Shown here: positions 24,321 through 36,240 of the stretch, piece after piece | Position numbering within the stretch: the first letter of the stretch is position 1 | Layout: each line of letters begins with the position of its first letter | Assembly (NCBI GenBank): GCA_030390025.1 | Contig: CM059432.1 | Span: 15,626,001 to 15,690,000 of the forward strand | Direction of reading: 5' to 3' | DNA length: 64,000 nt | Origin: Squalus acanthias | Taxonomy: Eukaryota | Made by a program: the position numbers and the translations under genes | Notes under the pieces: model-generated | What the model was told of the DNA's origin: nothing | Seen by the model: the letters and a program-made list of their open reading frames with translations, nothing else | The model's database searches: none

Positions 24321-25540
24321 AGTTCTGGCATGGGTGGAGGATTGGTTATCTAACAGGAAGCAGAGAGTTGGGATAAATGGTTCATTCTCGGACTGGCAAC
24401 CAGTAGCCAGTGGTGTTCCGCAGGGGTCGGTGCTGGGTCCCCAACTCTTTACAATCTATATTAACGATTTGGAGGAGGGGACCGAGTGTAACATGTCAAA
24501 GTTTGCAGATGATACAAAGATGGGAGGGAAAGTAGAAAGTGCGGAGGACATAAAAAACCTACAAGGGGATATAGACAAGCTGGGTGAGTGGGCGGAGATT
24601 TGGCAGATGCAATACAATATTGGAAAATGTGAGGTTATGCACTTTGGCAGGAAAAATCAGAGAGCAACTTATTATCTTAATGGCGAGAAACTGGAAAGTA
24701 CTGCAGTACAAAGGGAACTGGGGGTCCTAGTGCAAGAAAATCAAAAAGTTAGTATGCAGGTGCAGCAGGTGATCAAGAAGGCCAACGGAATGTTGGCTTT
24801 TATTGCTAGGGGGATAGATTATAAAAACAGGGAGGTATTGCTGCAGTTATATAAGGTATTGGTGAGACCGCATCTGGAATACTGCATACAGTTTTGGTGT
24901 CCATACTTAAGAAAAGACATACTTGCTCTCGAGGCAGTACAAAGAAGGTTCACTCGGTTAATCCCGGGGATGAGGGGGTGGACATACGAGGAGAGGTTGA
25001 GTAGATTGGGACTCTACTCATTGGAGTTCAGAAGAATGAGAGGCGATCTTATTGAAACATATAAGATTGTGAAGGGGCTTGATCGGGTGGATGCGGTAAG
25101 GATGTTCCCAAGGATGGGTGAAACTAGAACTAGGGGGCATAATCTTAGAATAAGGGGCTGCTCTTTCAAAACTGAGATGAGGAGAAACTTCTTCACTCAG
25201 AGGGTAGTGGGTCTGTGGAATTTGCTGCCCCAGGAAGCTGTGGAAGCTACATCATTAAATAAATTTAAAACAGAAATAGACAGTTTCCTAGAAGTAAAGG
25301 GAATTAGGGGTTACGGGGAGCGGGCAGGAAATTGGACATGAGGCTGAGTTCGGATCGGTCGAGGCCCTGTGGGTGGCATAGCGGGCCCAGGGGCTGAGTG
25401 GCCGGGTCCTGCTCCTACTTCTTGTGTTCTTTAGATTTGAGGTGAGGATCAGATCAGCCATGATCTTATTGAATGGCGGAGCAGGCTCGAAGAGCCGATT
25501 GGCCTACTCCTGCTCCTATTTCGTATGTTCCTATTTCTTA
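24321..25540 (+). mobile_element. Young CR1: open RT C-terminal frame to the stop at 25341, with a double 3' tail
   Basis: WLSNRKQRV, SGVPQGSVLGP, YINDL, KFADDTK through to NWT*; candidate TSD tatgca on both sides. Confidence 0.95.
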
Positions 25541-25619
25541 TGCACTGGTCATCCTAGTCAGCTGAGTGAGATGGGCAGCCAATTATTATCTGGCCCAAGT
25601 GAAGATAGTTCTGCAAGAA

Positions 25620-25715
25620 AAACCTTAAATGCTGAAATTTGCAGCAGGTCAGTCAGCATCTGTAAAGAGAAGGCAGGTTACTGATGTTTGAGGTGTTTAA
25701 CCCTTCGTCAGAACA
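25620..25715 (-). mobile_element. Old Penelope family-2 3' fragment with decayed hammerhead motif
   Basis: Minus strand gttctgacgaagggttaaacacctcaaac...acagatgctgactgacctgctg. Confidence 0.6.
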
Positions 25716-25770
25716 GCAGCTACTTTTGTATTGTGACCAGAACAACTTCTGCAGTATAGAGAATCAGAGT

Positions 25771-25939
25771 GGGGGTCATTTTAACCTTGGCCGACAGCAG
25801 ATCGGCTGCCCATGATGCAGCCCATGATTTTCACCCCCATTGACTTCAGTGGAAAGCAAAAATGGGGCGAGGTGTGTAATGGGCGGGCAGCCCCCCTATC
25901 GGCCATTTTACACCATCGGTCAAAATTAAAATGACCGCC
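25771..25939. mobile_element. Short imperfect-palindromic MITE
   Basis: TIRs gggggtcattttaa / ttaaaatgaccgcc; central ccattgacttcagtgg; related copy at 60031-60191. Confidence 0.7.
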
Positions 25940-26841
25940 GGTGATCCTGAATCCCTCACAGCTTTTGTACGCCTGCAGCGCTGGTGTAGTATTGGTGTCA
26001 TCAACCAAATTCATCCAGGTGGATTTTCCAAGCGGTGCTGTGTATGCATGGACACATTGGCCGAGAAATCCGATCGAGCTGGGCCCGTTTTACAGGAACA
26101 AGCAAATTTCGAGGCCATTCGGTCTGTTGTTAAACAGTGTCATGAAATGAGGGGTGGGGGGAGGGGGAGCAAGGAGAAATAAATGAAAGCTTCAGTATGG
26201 GCTTATTGAAAATCCAGGAAAAGGAGGTTACTGCAGCTTCACCACATTACTACCGTTGGGTATCTAGAAAATGCAAAGTTCACCGTGTGGTGTATGTGGC
26301 TCTTTTTGTAAATAGAGGTTATCAAAGGTTGAGAGAGAACATTTTTGTAATCTCCCAGACGTTTAAGGAATAACGGTTGCTATATAAAAAAAATTATGAA
26401 GCGCACCACGAGAAAAAAGGCCTCGATAGACGCGGGAGGGCTTTAGGATCGTGAAGGAGTGGAGCCGCCCACTTTGCCTTGGATAATGAGCGATCTCCCA
26501 AGTGTTCTTTGTGCAACTCATCAGGTGCACTTAGAATTTCTAAACAGCACCGAGGGTGAATTCCATCTGCTTAAACTGATGCTTATTTCTCTCACCTTTG
26601 TCCACACGTTCCTTAAGAATGCAATCACCTAAATATTTTCAGATGCCCTTGAGCAATTGTCCGGGGCTGATGGAAAGAGAGAAAGATGATAATGAAATAG
26701 CTCTTGTGTGACACACTTTTTTTCCTTCCGTGCACAAGGGATCATTTTCCAGCTCCACGTCACTGATAGGGAGCCTCACCCATCGAGAGCAGCTTGCAGA
26801 AACTGGACCACGCAGCGCCCTCGGTTTTTGGACTCTTCAAT

Positions 26842-27155
26842 AATCACAGAATCCCCACAGTGCAGATAGAGGCCATTTCGGCCCATCGAGCCTGCACCGA
26901 CACACATCCCACCCTATCCCCGTAACCCCACGTATTTAATCCTCCCTAACACTAAGGGTCAATTTATCATAGCCAAATCAACCTAACCCGCACATCTTTG
27001 GACTGTGGGAGAAAACCGGAGCACCCGGAGGAAACCCACGCAGACACAGGGAGACTGTGCAAACTCCACACAGACAGTCACCCAAGGCCGGATTTGAACC
27101 CGGGTCCCTGGCGCTGTGAGGCAACAGTGCTAACCACTGTGCCACCGTGTTGCCC
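26842..27155 (-). mobile_element. Full-length HE1-like V-SINE (tRNA head, V domain, CR1-derived tail)
   Basis: Near-identical to 58017-58328; A/B boxes tggcacagtgg and ggttcaaatcc. Confidence 0.93.
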
Positions 27156-27336
27156 ATATAATGGTCAGGAAATCGTGGGCAATGTGCACCCAAATTTCCA
27201 ATATTTGCTCTCCGTGGGCAAAGTTGGAATATCACCCCTTCCTGTATTATTCAGACCTGACAATATCTGTAACAAGAACCAAGTCATTTGCTTCATTGAC
27301 AATTATAAATACGAAAATAAACACACCTGGTTCATA

Positions 27337-27787
27337 GTGTCAGCTGTGACTCAGTGGGTAGCACTCCTTGCCTCTGAGTCTGAAGGTTGTGGGTTCCAAG
27401 TCCCACTCGAGCACAAAAATCTAGGCTGACACTCCAGTGCAGCACTGAGGGAGTGCTGCACTGTCAGAGGTGTCGTCTTTCGGATGAGACATTAAACCAA
27501 GGCCCTGCCTGCTCCCTCAGGCGAATGTAAAAGATCCCATATTTTGAAGAAGAGCAGGGGAGTTCTCCCCGGTTTCCTGGCCAATATTTATCCCTCAATC
27601 AACATCACAAAAACAGATTATCTGGTCATTATCACATTGCTGTTTGTGGGAGCTTGCTGTGCGCAATTGGCTGCCGCGTTTCCTACATTACAACAGTGAC
27701 TGCACTTCAAAAAGTACTTCATTGGCTGTAAAACGCTTTGGGACGTCCAGTGGTTGTGAAAGGTGCTATAGAAATGCAAGTCTTTCT
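27337..27787 (+). mobile_element. Full-length DeuSINE
   Basis: gtgtcagctgtgactcagtgggtagc...Deu core...gtgaaaggtgctatagaaatgcaagtctttc. Confidence 0.92.
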
Positions 27788-27789
27788 TA

Positions 27790-29030
27790 ATAAGAACATA
27801 AAATAAGACTTAGGAGCAGGAGTAGGTCATTTGACCCCTCGAGACTGCTCCGCTTCCACTTCCCTGCCCGCTCCCCATAACCCTTGACTCCCTTACCATT
27901 CAAAAATCTGTCTATCTCCACCTTAAATATATTAAATGACCCAGCCTCCACAGCTCTCTGGGGAAGAGAATTCCAAAGATTCACGACCCTCTGAGAGAAG
28001 AAATTCCTCCTCATTTTCGTTTTAAATGGGTGCCCCCTTATTCTGAAATTATGTCACCCAGTTCTAGATTCCCCCACGAGGGGAAACATCCTCTCTGCAT
28101 CTACTCTGTCAAGCTCCTTCAGAATCTTATGGGGGAAAAATTCGGCATCGCCCATTTTGGGGCACTAATATTGGCCGGGCGCAAAGTATAGTGCCCAGCG
28201 CTAATCATCGCCTCCGACTGCAAAATTCGCCTCTATTGCCCCTGGAGGTGATTTGAGCGTTAAATCAGGCGCTACACACCTCTCTTAAGGCGCAAACGTC
28301 GGGGAGCGAGGCGCTACCTCAGAACGCTACCGAAGCTCAGGCGATGCCAATTACCATGGAATCCAGACAGACTGGCGCCATCCAGTTCTTAAAGGGGAGG
28401 GGCCATCTTGCTGGCCAGCCACACCCTGCTCATTGCAGCCTTGAATTTCAGCCTGAAGAGACCTCTAAAGTAATTGTGTTGGAAGCACTAATGGATAGGC
28501 CCAGGGAAAGAGCTCGGTGCTTAGGAACCTCAAAAGTGGTGCTGAGGGCCAAAACTCCTTAGGACAGTGTTAAAACCAAAAATTTTGCCAACAAGGAAAG
28601 GCAGGAAGCGCCCGCCTTTAAATAGCGCTCCCCCAGCCCCTTCCCGACTTAAAAACGTTCCCCTCTACCTGTCGTTCCTAGCGGCAGGCGTTAAGGCAGG
28701 GGGCGCGACTCAATATCTGGTCTGGGGTGCTACCGGGGCGTTGCACGCTTGACTGACGTCATGATCTGCGGGCGCAGGAGATCATGGCGGTAGTGTTTAG
28801 CGCTGGCGCAAAACGACTGGTCAATTTCGCGAGGTGCGCTAAAATCGCCGCGCTCGGGCGCTAAGTTCCTTGCGCCCCATTAGCCCCCCCCCCCCCCCCC
28901 CCCGGAGGCGCTAAGAGAAGGTGCTAACCAACTGAAATTTTCCCCCAATATGTTTCAATAAGATCCCCTCTCATTCTTCTAAACTCCAATGAGTATAGGC
29001 TCAACCTTCATAAGACAGCCCCTTCATCTT
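27790..29030 (-). mobile_element. CR1 3' end split by MITE family A
   Basis: MRRNFFSQRVVNLWNSLP; CR1 resumes collinearly (agaatcttat|atgtttcaataag) after the MITE. Confidence 0.9.
28131..28946. mobile_element. GC-rich MITE family A, second copy
   Basis: TIRs gggggaaaaattcgg / ctgaaattttccccc; 3-bp TSD TAT/AAT deduced from the interrupted CR1. Confidence 0.85.
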
Positions 29031-29274
29031 ATATACACTAATTGCAGGAAAAGCTCTGGACTATTTTCTACTAAGTTTAAACCCTCTCAGCGCATTTTTA
29101 TATGATTCAAATGAGACTAACTGTGCACTCGCAGATGCCACACTGCTGGCGAATCTGCCCATCTTTAAACATTCAGCACCAATGGGAACTGGCACTGTAA
29201 TGTCAAAGGTGTTTATTGTTGCACTAATACTTGTGTCACCTGGACTCATCAGTCACCTGCGAACTCATTTTTAA

Positions 29275-29322
29275 TGTGGAAGCAAGTCATCCTCGGTTCC
29301 GAGGGACTGCCTAAGAAGAAGA
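29275..29322 (+). mobile_element. Probable RTE-clade LINE extreme 3' tail
   Basis: gtggaagcaagtcatcctcggttccgagggactgcctaagaagaag resembles RTE 3' ends with a trinucleotide tail (recalled, not searched). Confidence 0.45.
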
Positions 29323-30449
29323 GAAGGCAGTGAAACCCTATCCCAGTATAAGGCCGTGCCTTCAGAAGAGGAGATGATATTAGAAAATTGGAGGAGAAAG
29401 AAAGATCTTAAAAGTCGGCACTGTATTCTTGACTCAAGAACCTGCAACACCGAATGTGGCTTGTCGCCTACTTTATTGGATCCAACTGCTCCCAAGCAAA
29501 ATGTTAGCTGAAGGCAACAAGTTAACCTGACAGTAGGGTTATAAAAAAAATTGCTCCTGTAATGGATTGAAGAGTTTGGGATTTGCTTATCTGCCCGATT
29601 GACAGTGCTTCAAGCCAGACAGGTTTGATCTGCGGTTCTTTTGACTGTAGAAGGGAGGTCTCTGTTGCAGTTTAAGCTTTTATAAGGAAAGGTCCAGCTT
29701 TCACTGGCTTTATTTACATAAAACCCACAAGTGAGACTCCTGGGGGGGGAGGGGGGGGGGGGGGAAGATAAGAGGCCTGATTCCTCGGGGTTTTTGTGAC
29801 TGGAATTAATCTCGTGTTCACGTGTGTTACTGTCTGCTACTTTGTAATTATAATCGTAGTTCCTCTTCCTTGCAATCTTGGAAAAATATGTGCCTGTGGA
29901 GACATACAAAACTGTTCAAATTACTGGTCCATTTCGCAGTTTTGAAACTGTTTTCCTCTTGGAGTCTTGACTGTAGCTTTAAGTTAAGTTAGAATTTCCT
30001 CAACTGATGCATGCTGCAGACTTTGAATCCATATCGAGAGTTAGTTTTACTGCTTTTGTCTTAAATTCAAACCATCGCTTTGTTTTATACAGTTTGCTAT
30101 ATCCTTATAAATTAAAGTAAATGAAACAATTTTTTGATTTATGAGATGAGGGAAAGAGCTCGCTTGAGCATCGTAAATGAGATGGTCGCCAATGCTCTCC
30201 TCAGACTTTCACAGCCTGAAGGAGGGACGCTGCAGAATGCCTTTGTTTGAATTTGCATGAATGGTTGCAGCAAAGCAGTTAAAGCAAAGCCTGTTGTGAT
30301 TGTCTCCTGCCAGTGTTGTGTGACAGACTGACAATGAAAACAGAGAAATGCATTATAAATGGATTCCAGTAATTCAGACCAATGTATCTGCAGTTGAATG
30401 AGTCTGAACCATGAGAAGGGTATAATGCTTTCTTTTTAGTGCGGTAATT

Positions 30450-30930
30450 GGGCTGGATTTCGCGGTTAATGCATTATGGTCTGGAAATTGGACTGCGCTG
30501 TGCCGGTTTTACAGGCATCAAATGGCCGCCTAAGGGTCCCACTATGGCGGGTTGACGTGCGCGCAGTCATTCCGCGCCAGAAGTGCGCCGCCCACCATAT
30601 TGAATCGGGCTGCTCATTAGGCATCGAGGGCGGGGGCGCCCGAAATTGCATATGTAAAATGGGGGGGGGCCTAACACGTGCTTCAAGCCCCGCTGTGAAA
30701 GTGGTTGGCGTCATGCTGCGGTCAGTTGCTTCAGGCACACAGCAGACAAACCAGCGGGAGGGCGGCACCTAAAATATAAGTTTCTCAAGTTTATATTACT
30801 TCCCGTAATGTGGAGCGAGGAGGAGCGGGATTGCACTTGCTGTGCGGGACAGGCGTGCGGACGCCACCCGTCATATTGAACACTTGGGGCACCCGTAAAA
30901 TGATTGTGGGGCCGATGAATTGCTAGGCCG
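30450..30930. mobile_element. GC-rich non-autonomous DNA transposon remnant
   Basis: Sharp CpG-rich block; ends ggtctggaaattg / gaattgctaggcc. Confidence 0.55.
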
Positions 30931-30934
30931 AGAT

Positions 30935-31260
30935 TTCAGAAGGCTTGTGAAGGGGGTAAAAGAGGTCGAGGCAGACAGAGTGAGAGAGGGCGGGAGTTCT
31001 AGAGGGTCGGGCTGATGTAGCTGAAGGCTGGACCGCTAATAGTGGCTGACTGGAGGGGAGATGTACCGAAGGTCAAGAGTCAGAGGACTGCAGAGCACGG
31101 TCAGGGATGTAAAACCGGAGGAGTTTGGAGAGGTTGTGCGGAGTGAGGCCATGAGGGGGGGGGGGGGGGCGGGATTTGTAGATTAGGATTTTAAATTTGA
31201 TCCATTGAAAATCGGGGAGCTGGTGTCAGTTAGTGAGGATATAGCAGGTTAAGTGTTCAT
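30935..31260 (-). mobile_element. Old L2 fragment
   Basis: gtgaggccatgaggg...ggatttgtagattaggattttaaatttga. Confidence 0.6.
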
Positions 31261-32057
31261 CTGCTGATGTCACCAATGGCAATTTCTAAACTCTTTTGTT
31301 TGTAAATCATGTTCCAGCACTTACGTGATGATGGATTGCTAATGCTATTGTACTGGAGAATTAAGGATTGACCTGTCCTTTTTTTCTCAAGAAGACAATA
31401 TTATTGCTGCCCAAGCACTTTTAGGTACTGTTACAGCCACTTTGATGTCCCAGCCCAAATGGTAAGTTACTGGAGGAATCCTCCGTTGCCACCGATGACA
31501 ATGCTAGGAAAGAGGAGAACTTAGCTTGTTGGCAACTTGGTTGAAGGTCTGTCAGAATATCCTCTAATTGGGTTTGACTAATTACACTCTGTGAAATTTG
31601 AAGATTCAAGTCCGACAATGAAAATGGTGCTCTGTTAAATGTGGAGCGGACTTCAATCATATGTGCCACATCCTGCATGACAAATATGCAAAGTGTAATT
31701 AAAAAAGACACAAAATTGTGAGGAGAGGAAGTTTAGTTCGAATTGTCACTTTGTCTTTTGGTGGTTACAGTTTTATTACTTGAATGATCTGGTGACAAGT
31801 TGATCGCTTTTTTACTTTCTAATCTGTGGTACATTGTAGTTTTTAGCATTGAAATTTGAAAGGGGTAGAGAGAATACCATTTATCTGCCTGTGAGAAAAA
31901 TAAACACACGATCTATACATTTGGCTGAATTAATGAAGTGTCATTTTTAAAGAGTACGGTCCATATATTCTTGTACAATTAACCTTTTGAAAATTTATGT
32001 AGCTGTTTCAATGTAGGTTTTATGGTGAAACAGCAATTTACTTATACTTGTAATTTA

Positions 32058-32685
32058 GTATGCTGTATTCGCTGCTCACGATGCGGTCTCCCAACGCTGA
32101 TTGGGTGACCGCTTTGCGGAACAACTCCGTTCAGTCCGTAAGCGTGACCCCGAGCTTCCGGTCGCCTGTCACTTTAATTCTCCGGACCACTCCCACTCTG
32201 ATCTCTCTGTCCTCGGCCTCCGACACTGTTCCGATGAAGCTCAACGTAAGCTCGAGGAACAGCACCTCATCGTTCGATTAGGCACTTTACAGCCTTCTGG
32301 CCTCAACATTGAGTTCAACAATTTCAGACTATAATCTCTGCCTCCAATTTTCGGACAGCAGCTGTTGATGATTCTGCTATTCCCATCTACACCCATATTT
32401 TGTTCCTTTACTTGTCCCATTATCATCTCCTTTTGCCCTGCACCATCATCCCTTTTTGTCATTTAATCTCTCCTGCCTTCCACCCTATCACCGACCTTCC
32501 CTTTTGTTCTTTCCTCCCTCCCCCCTTTCCCTGCCTCTACACTTGCTTAAAATCTGTTATGTCTCAAACTTTTTCCAGTTCTGACGAAGACCTGAAACGT
32601 TAACTCTGTTTCTCTCTCCACAGATGCTGCCTGACCTGCTGTGCATTTCCAGCATTTTCTGTTTTTTATTTCAGATTTCCGGCAG
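32058..32685 (+). mobile_element. Penelope-like element family 2: GIY-YIG endonuclease C-terminus plus 3' terminal repeat
   Basis: CIRCSRCGL (YIG codons deleted), GDRFAEQLRSVR, PVACHFNS, RKLEEQHLIVRLGTLQPSGLNIEF*; hammerhead-like motif at 32577-32605. Confidence 0.9.
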
Positions 32686-32968
32686 TATTTTGTTATTCTA
32701 TTTGGTTTTATGGTCCCCGCTTTTTTCCTTTGTAAATAAAAACCTATTGTGTCATTTGATGGTGGGAAGTGTTGCTAAGTACATACAAAAACTAGAAATG
32801 TTGTTCTTTCTGAATACAAATTGATCAGTAAAATATAAAAGAAGTAACCGTTCATCTACGTACTTCTTCAATGCTTTGTAGCTTTCCTGCAATGGTAAAC
32901 TAGTTGAGTTATGCTTAAGTATGAGCTAGTTTTAGTAGTAACAGTCATTCCTCTTTGTCAGCAGTCTG

Positions 32969-34330
32969 CTAGTTCAAGCTCCACTCCTGGACTTGAGCAC
33001 ATAATATAGACTGACAGTTCAGCTCAGTATTTATCTCATTGAAACATATAAGATTCTGAGGGGGATTGACAGGGTAGATGCGGAGAGGTTGTTTCCCCCT
33101 GGCTGGAGAGTCTAGAACTAGGGGGCATCGTCTCAGCATAAGGGGTCGGCCATTTAAGACTGAGATGAGGAGGAATTTCTTCACTGAGAGGGTTAAGAAT
33201 CTTTGGAATTCTCTGCCCCAGAGGGCTGTGAATGCTGAATCGTTGAGTATATTCAAGGCTGAGATCGATAGATTTTTGGACTCTAGGGGAATCAAGGGAT
33301 ATGGAGATAGGGCGGGAAAGCGGGGTTGAGGTCAAGAGCAGCCATGATCTTATTGAATGGCGGAGCAGGCTCGAGGGGCCATATGGCCGACTCCTGCTCT
33401 TATTTCTTATGTTCTTGTGTATTAAGGGGGTGCTGCATTGTCGGAGATAGCGGCTGGATTTGAACCCTACCCGCCGGACGGTTACAAACAAGCAGATTAC
33501 TTACCCGCTTGGAACTGACCCTTTCCCACCACCATCTCCGATATTAACCTGCTGGAGGAGGCGCCTAGCTAAAGCAGGCAGGAGCTTCCTGAATTTATGG
33601 GACTCGGGATCCTAACATGTGGCTCGGACCCCGATGGCGTTTTAACCGAGGCCGGAGTGGAGAGGCTGCCGCGGCGCTCCCGCTCGGGTGAAGCAGGTCG
33701 TCGGCTAGTGGGAAGTACGATGGGTTCCTCCCTGCTAAGTCAGAAAATGTCCTTGTGGGGTCAGGGGGAGCGGGAGTGCACCTGTGGTCCCCAGAAAGAG
33801 AGTCGCAGCCTCCCCTGCGCTGGCCTTCCCACACACCCCCCACCCCTGTTCCCTTCAGCGAGAGCCTCCCGAAACCTCCAGCCCGCCACTTCCCTAGAAA
33901 TAGGTGGGCGGCCAAGTGCCACCTCACCTTCCCCTGCTGGCAGCTGCTCTGCGCCCTCCTCCTGCCCAGAATGGACCATTGGCATTGAAATGAGGCCCAG
34001 CGGTTAAAAATGCCAGGGTGGAAAATTAACTCTCTGGAGCAGTTTCCCGCTGGAATCCCGCTGCGAGTTAAAATCCACCCCATGCCTTTCGGATGAGATG
34101 TTGAACTGAGGCCCTGCCTGCCTGCTCAAATAGCTGTAAAAGATCCCATGATACTATTTCAAAAAGAGTAAGGGGCAGTTCTCCCGGTGTCCTGGCCAAC
34201 ATTTATCCCTCGACCAACATCACAGAAAACAGATTACCTGGTCATTATTACATTGCTGTCTGTGGGAGCTTGCTGTGCGCAAATTGTCTTTCCTTCCTTC
34301 CTTCTTTCCATCCTGAGGTTGTGAAAGGCT
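32969..34330 (+). mobile_element. DeuSINE split twice, by a CR1 3' end (33032-33420) and a GC-rich MITE (33450-34081)
   Basis: Collinear pieces ...ctcagtatt|attaagggggtgctgcattgtcggagata|tgcctttcggatgagatg...; CR1 flanked by gtatt. Confidence 0.85.
33450..34081. mobile_element. GC-rich MITE family C (Harbinger-like)
   Basis: Ends gcggctggatttgaac / gttaaaatccacccc; 3-bp flanks ATA/ATG. Confidence 0.75.
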
Positions 34331-35377
34331 TCTCTCTTTTTCAACAACTATGTTTGGGCACCCGCTGGGCATTCGTGCAGGAAAAGTGGTGCACGGCTCT
34401 AGAAGAGCACTCTTGCATCATTAACCTTACCGTCCTACACTTATGCATGCCTCAGGCATAAGCATTCCACCACCATGGGCAACGTTAAGGAGTGGGCCGC
34501 TGTCCCTTTACCCTCTCCTTTGCGCTGAGTGTTCCCCAGCCATATAGGTGAGGAAAACCTGCTCCAAGATTTATAGCTTTCTCCCCACATGACTACTTGC
34601 ACAAGATAAGATCACATACCTTTAATCACTTTAAGGAAAAACATTTTTTGGATTGTCCATAAATGGTTTTATGTGGAAAAGACAATGATCTGACTCTTAA
34701 CATGTCTGAGAACTTGATAGTAAGTCTGCAATTTGACCAGTGACAGCATAATGTGTGTTTTAATCACCCATTATTGGAAACATTCTCATTTGTTCTTGGG
34801 GGCCGATTCATGTATTTTTGACATTGTAATTGGTATTTTAATGATTTTATCAATGAAAGTTTAACCATTCTTGTCAATCTTGTTTGTGCTTAGAGTGCAC
34901 ATGAATCATTTGCAATGATCCTAAAAATGTATGGTGTGATTGACGCTGTTTTTATCGGTGGCATTTGCTTGTCCCAATGCTCGATCAGCCAATGCACATG
35001 CCGCTGGTTGCAAACTCTACGAAAAAGTTTGCAAATATTGACTTTCAGATTAGAAACAAATTGCCATTCTGTATAATTGCGTAAATCTTTTTACGGTTGG
35101 AAGGTATAAACTGCTTATTTCCCTGGTTTAAATGAAGAGCGCCAACCGACTGCCCAGCGCAACAACTCTGTAATTATCAGCCTAAGCTCTTTAAGTGTGT
35201 CCAGAAGGGTTTCAGGTGGTGTCTGTGTGAGATGTTTGAGGCTTGCTGTTAACCCCCTCTCTGAAACATTTGAGTTTCCATACTAGATTTACTGCTGAGA
35301 AAAAGGTTGTTCTTGAGGATACACTTATAAGTTTAGATCAGTGCAAAGTGATTTTGTGTAGCGTACATGAGCTTCTT

Positions 35378-35768
35378 TTCTCATCCTTGTTTTCAAATCC
35401 CTCCATGGCCTTGCTCCTCCCGATCTCTGCAATCTCCTCCAGCTCCACATCGCCCCCCCCAAGATCTCTGCGCTCCTCTAATTCTGGCCTCTTGAACATC
35501 TCCAATTTTAATCCTTCCACCATTGGTGGCCGTGCCTTCAGTTGCCTCGGCCCTAAGCTCTGGAATTCCCTGCCTAAACCTCTCTGCCTCTCTTTCCTCC
35601 TTTTAAGATGCTCCTTAAAACCCACCTCTTTGACCAAGCTTTTGGTCACCTGCCCTAATACCTCCTTCTGTGGCTTGGTGTCAAATTCTGTTTGATAATC
35701 GCTCCTGTCAAGCGCCTCGGGATGTTTTACGTTAAAGGCGCTATATATAAATGCAAGTTGTTGTTGTC
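35378..35768 (+). mobile_element. L2 3' end
   Basis: RSSNSGLLNISNFNPSTIGGRAFSCLGPKLWNSLP; tail aatgcaagttgttgttg. Confidence 0.9.
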
Positions 35769-35958
35769 GAGCCCCGAACTGGCTCCAAGGCGGAGTGACG
35801 GACTCTGCCTCATTCTGATGTCAGATCGGTTTCTGACTCTGGATTCAAACTGCATTCCCACTCTAACCGCTTCGCACCAGTTGCAGTGTAAGCGTACCCT
35901 GGGGATATCTTAAAACTATGATCCTTCAAAAATACAATTTAGTGCATCAGTTAAAAAT

Positions 35959-36240
35959 AGCAAAATACTGCGGATGCTGGAAATCTGAAATAACAGCAGA
36001 AAATGTTGGAAACACTCGGCAGGTCAGGCAGCCTCCGTGGAGAGAGAAACAGAGTTAACGTTTCTAACTCTGTTTCTCTCTCCACGGATGCTGCCTGACC
36101 TGCCGAGTGTTTTCAGCATTTTCTGTAGTTAAAAAAAAAATAGATCTGCTTATAACAGAAAACGCTGGAAAAACTCAGCAGGCCAGGCAGCATCCGTGGA
36201 GAGAGAAAGAGAGTTAACGTTTCAGGTCGATGACCTTTCA
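35959..36240 (-). mobile_element. Two adjacent Penelope family-2 3'-end insertions: a fold-back hairpin (35959-36126) and a linear copy (36152-36239)
   Basis: ~60-bp inverted arms around acgtttc (36058-36064); second copy flanked by a 13-bp TSD AATAGATCTGCTT (36139-36151, 36240-36252). Confidence 0.85.

Noticed and set aside
24205..25341. 378-aa ORF as a host or domesticated RT gene
   Set aside because: It is a 5'-truncated CR1 ORF2. The first ~38 codons are flanking DNA and the start is GTG.
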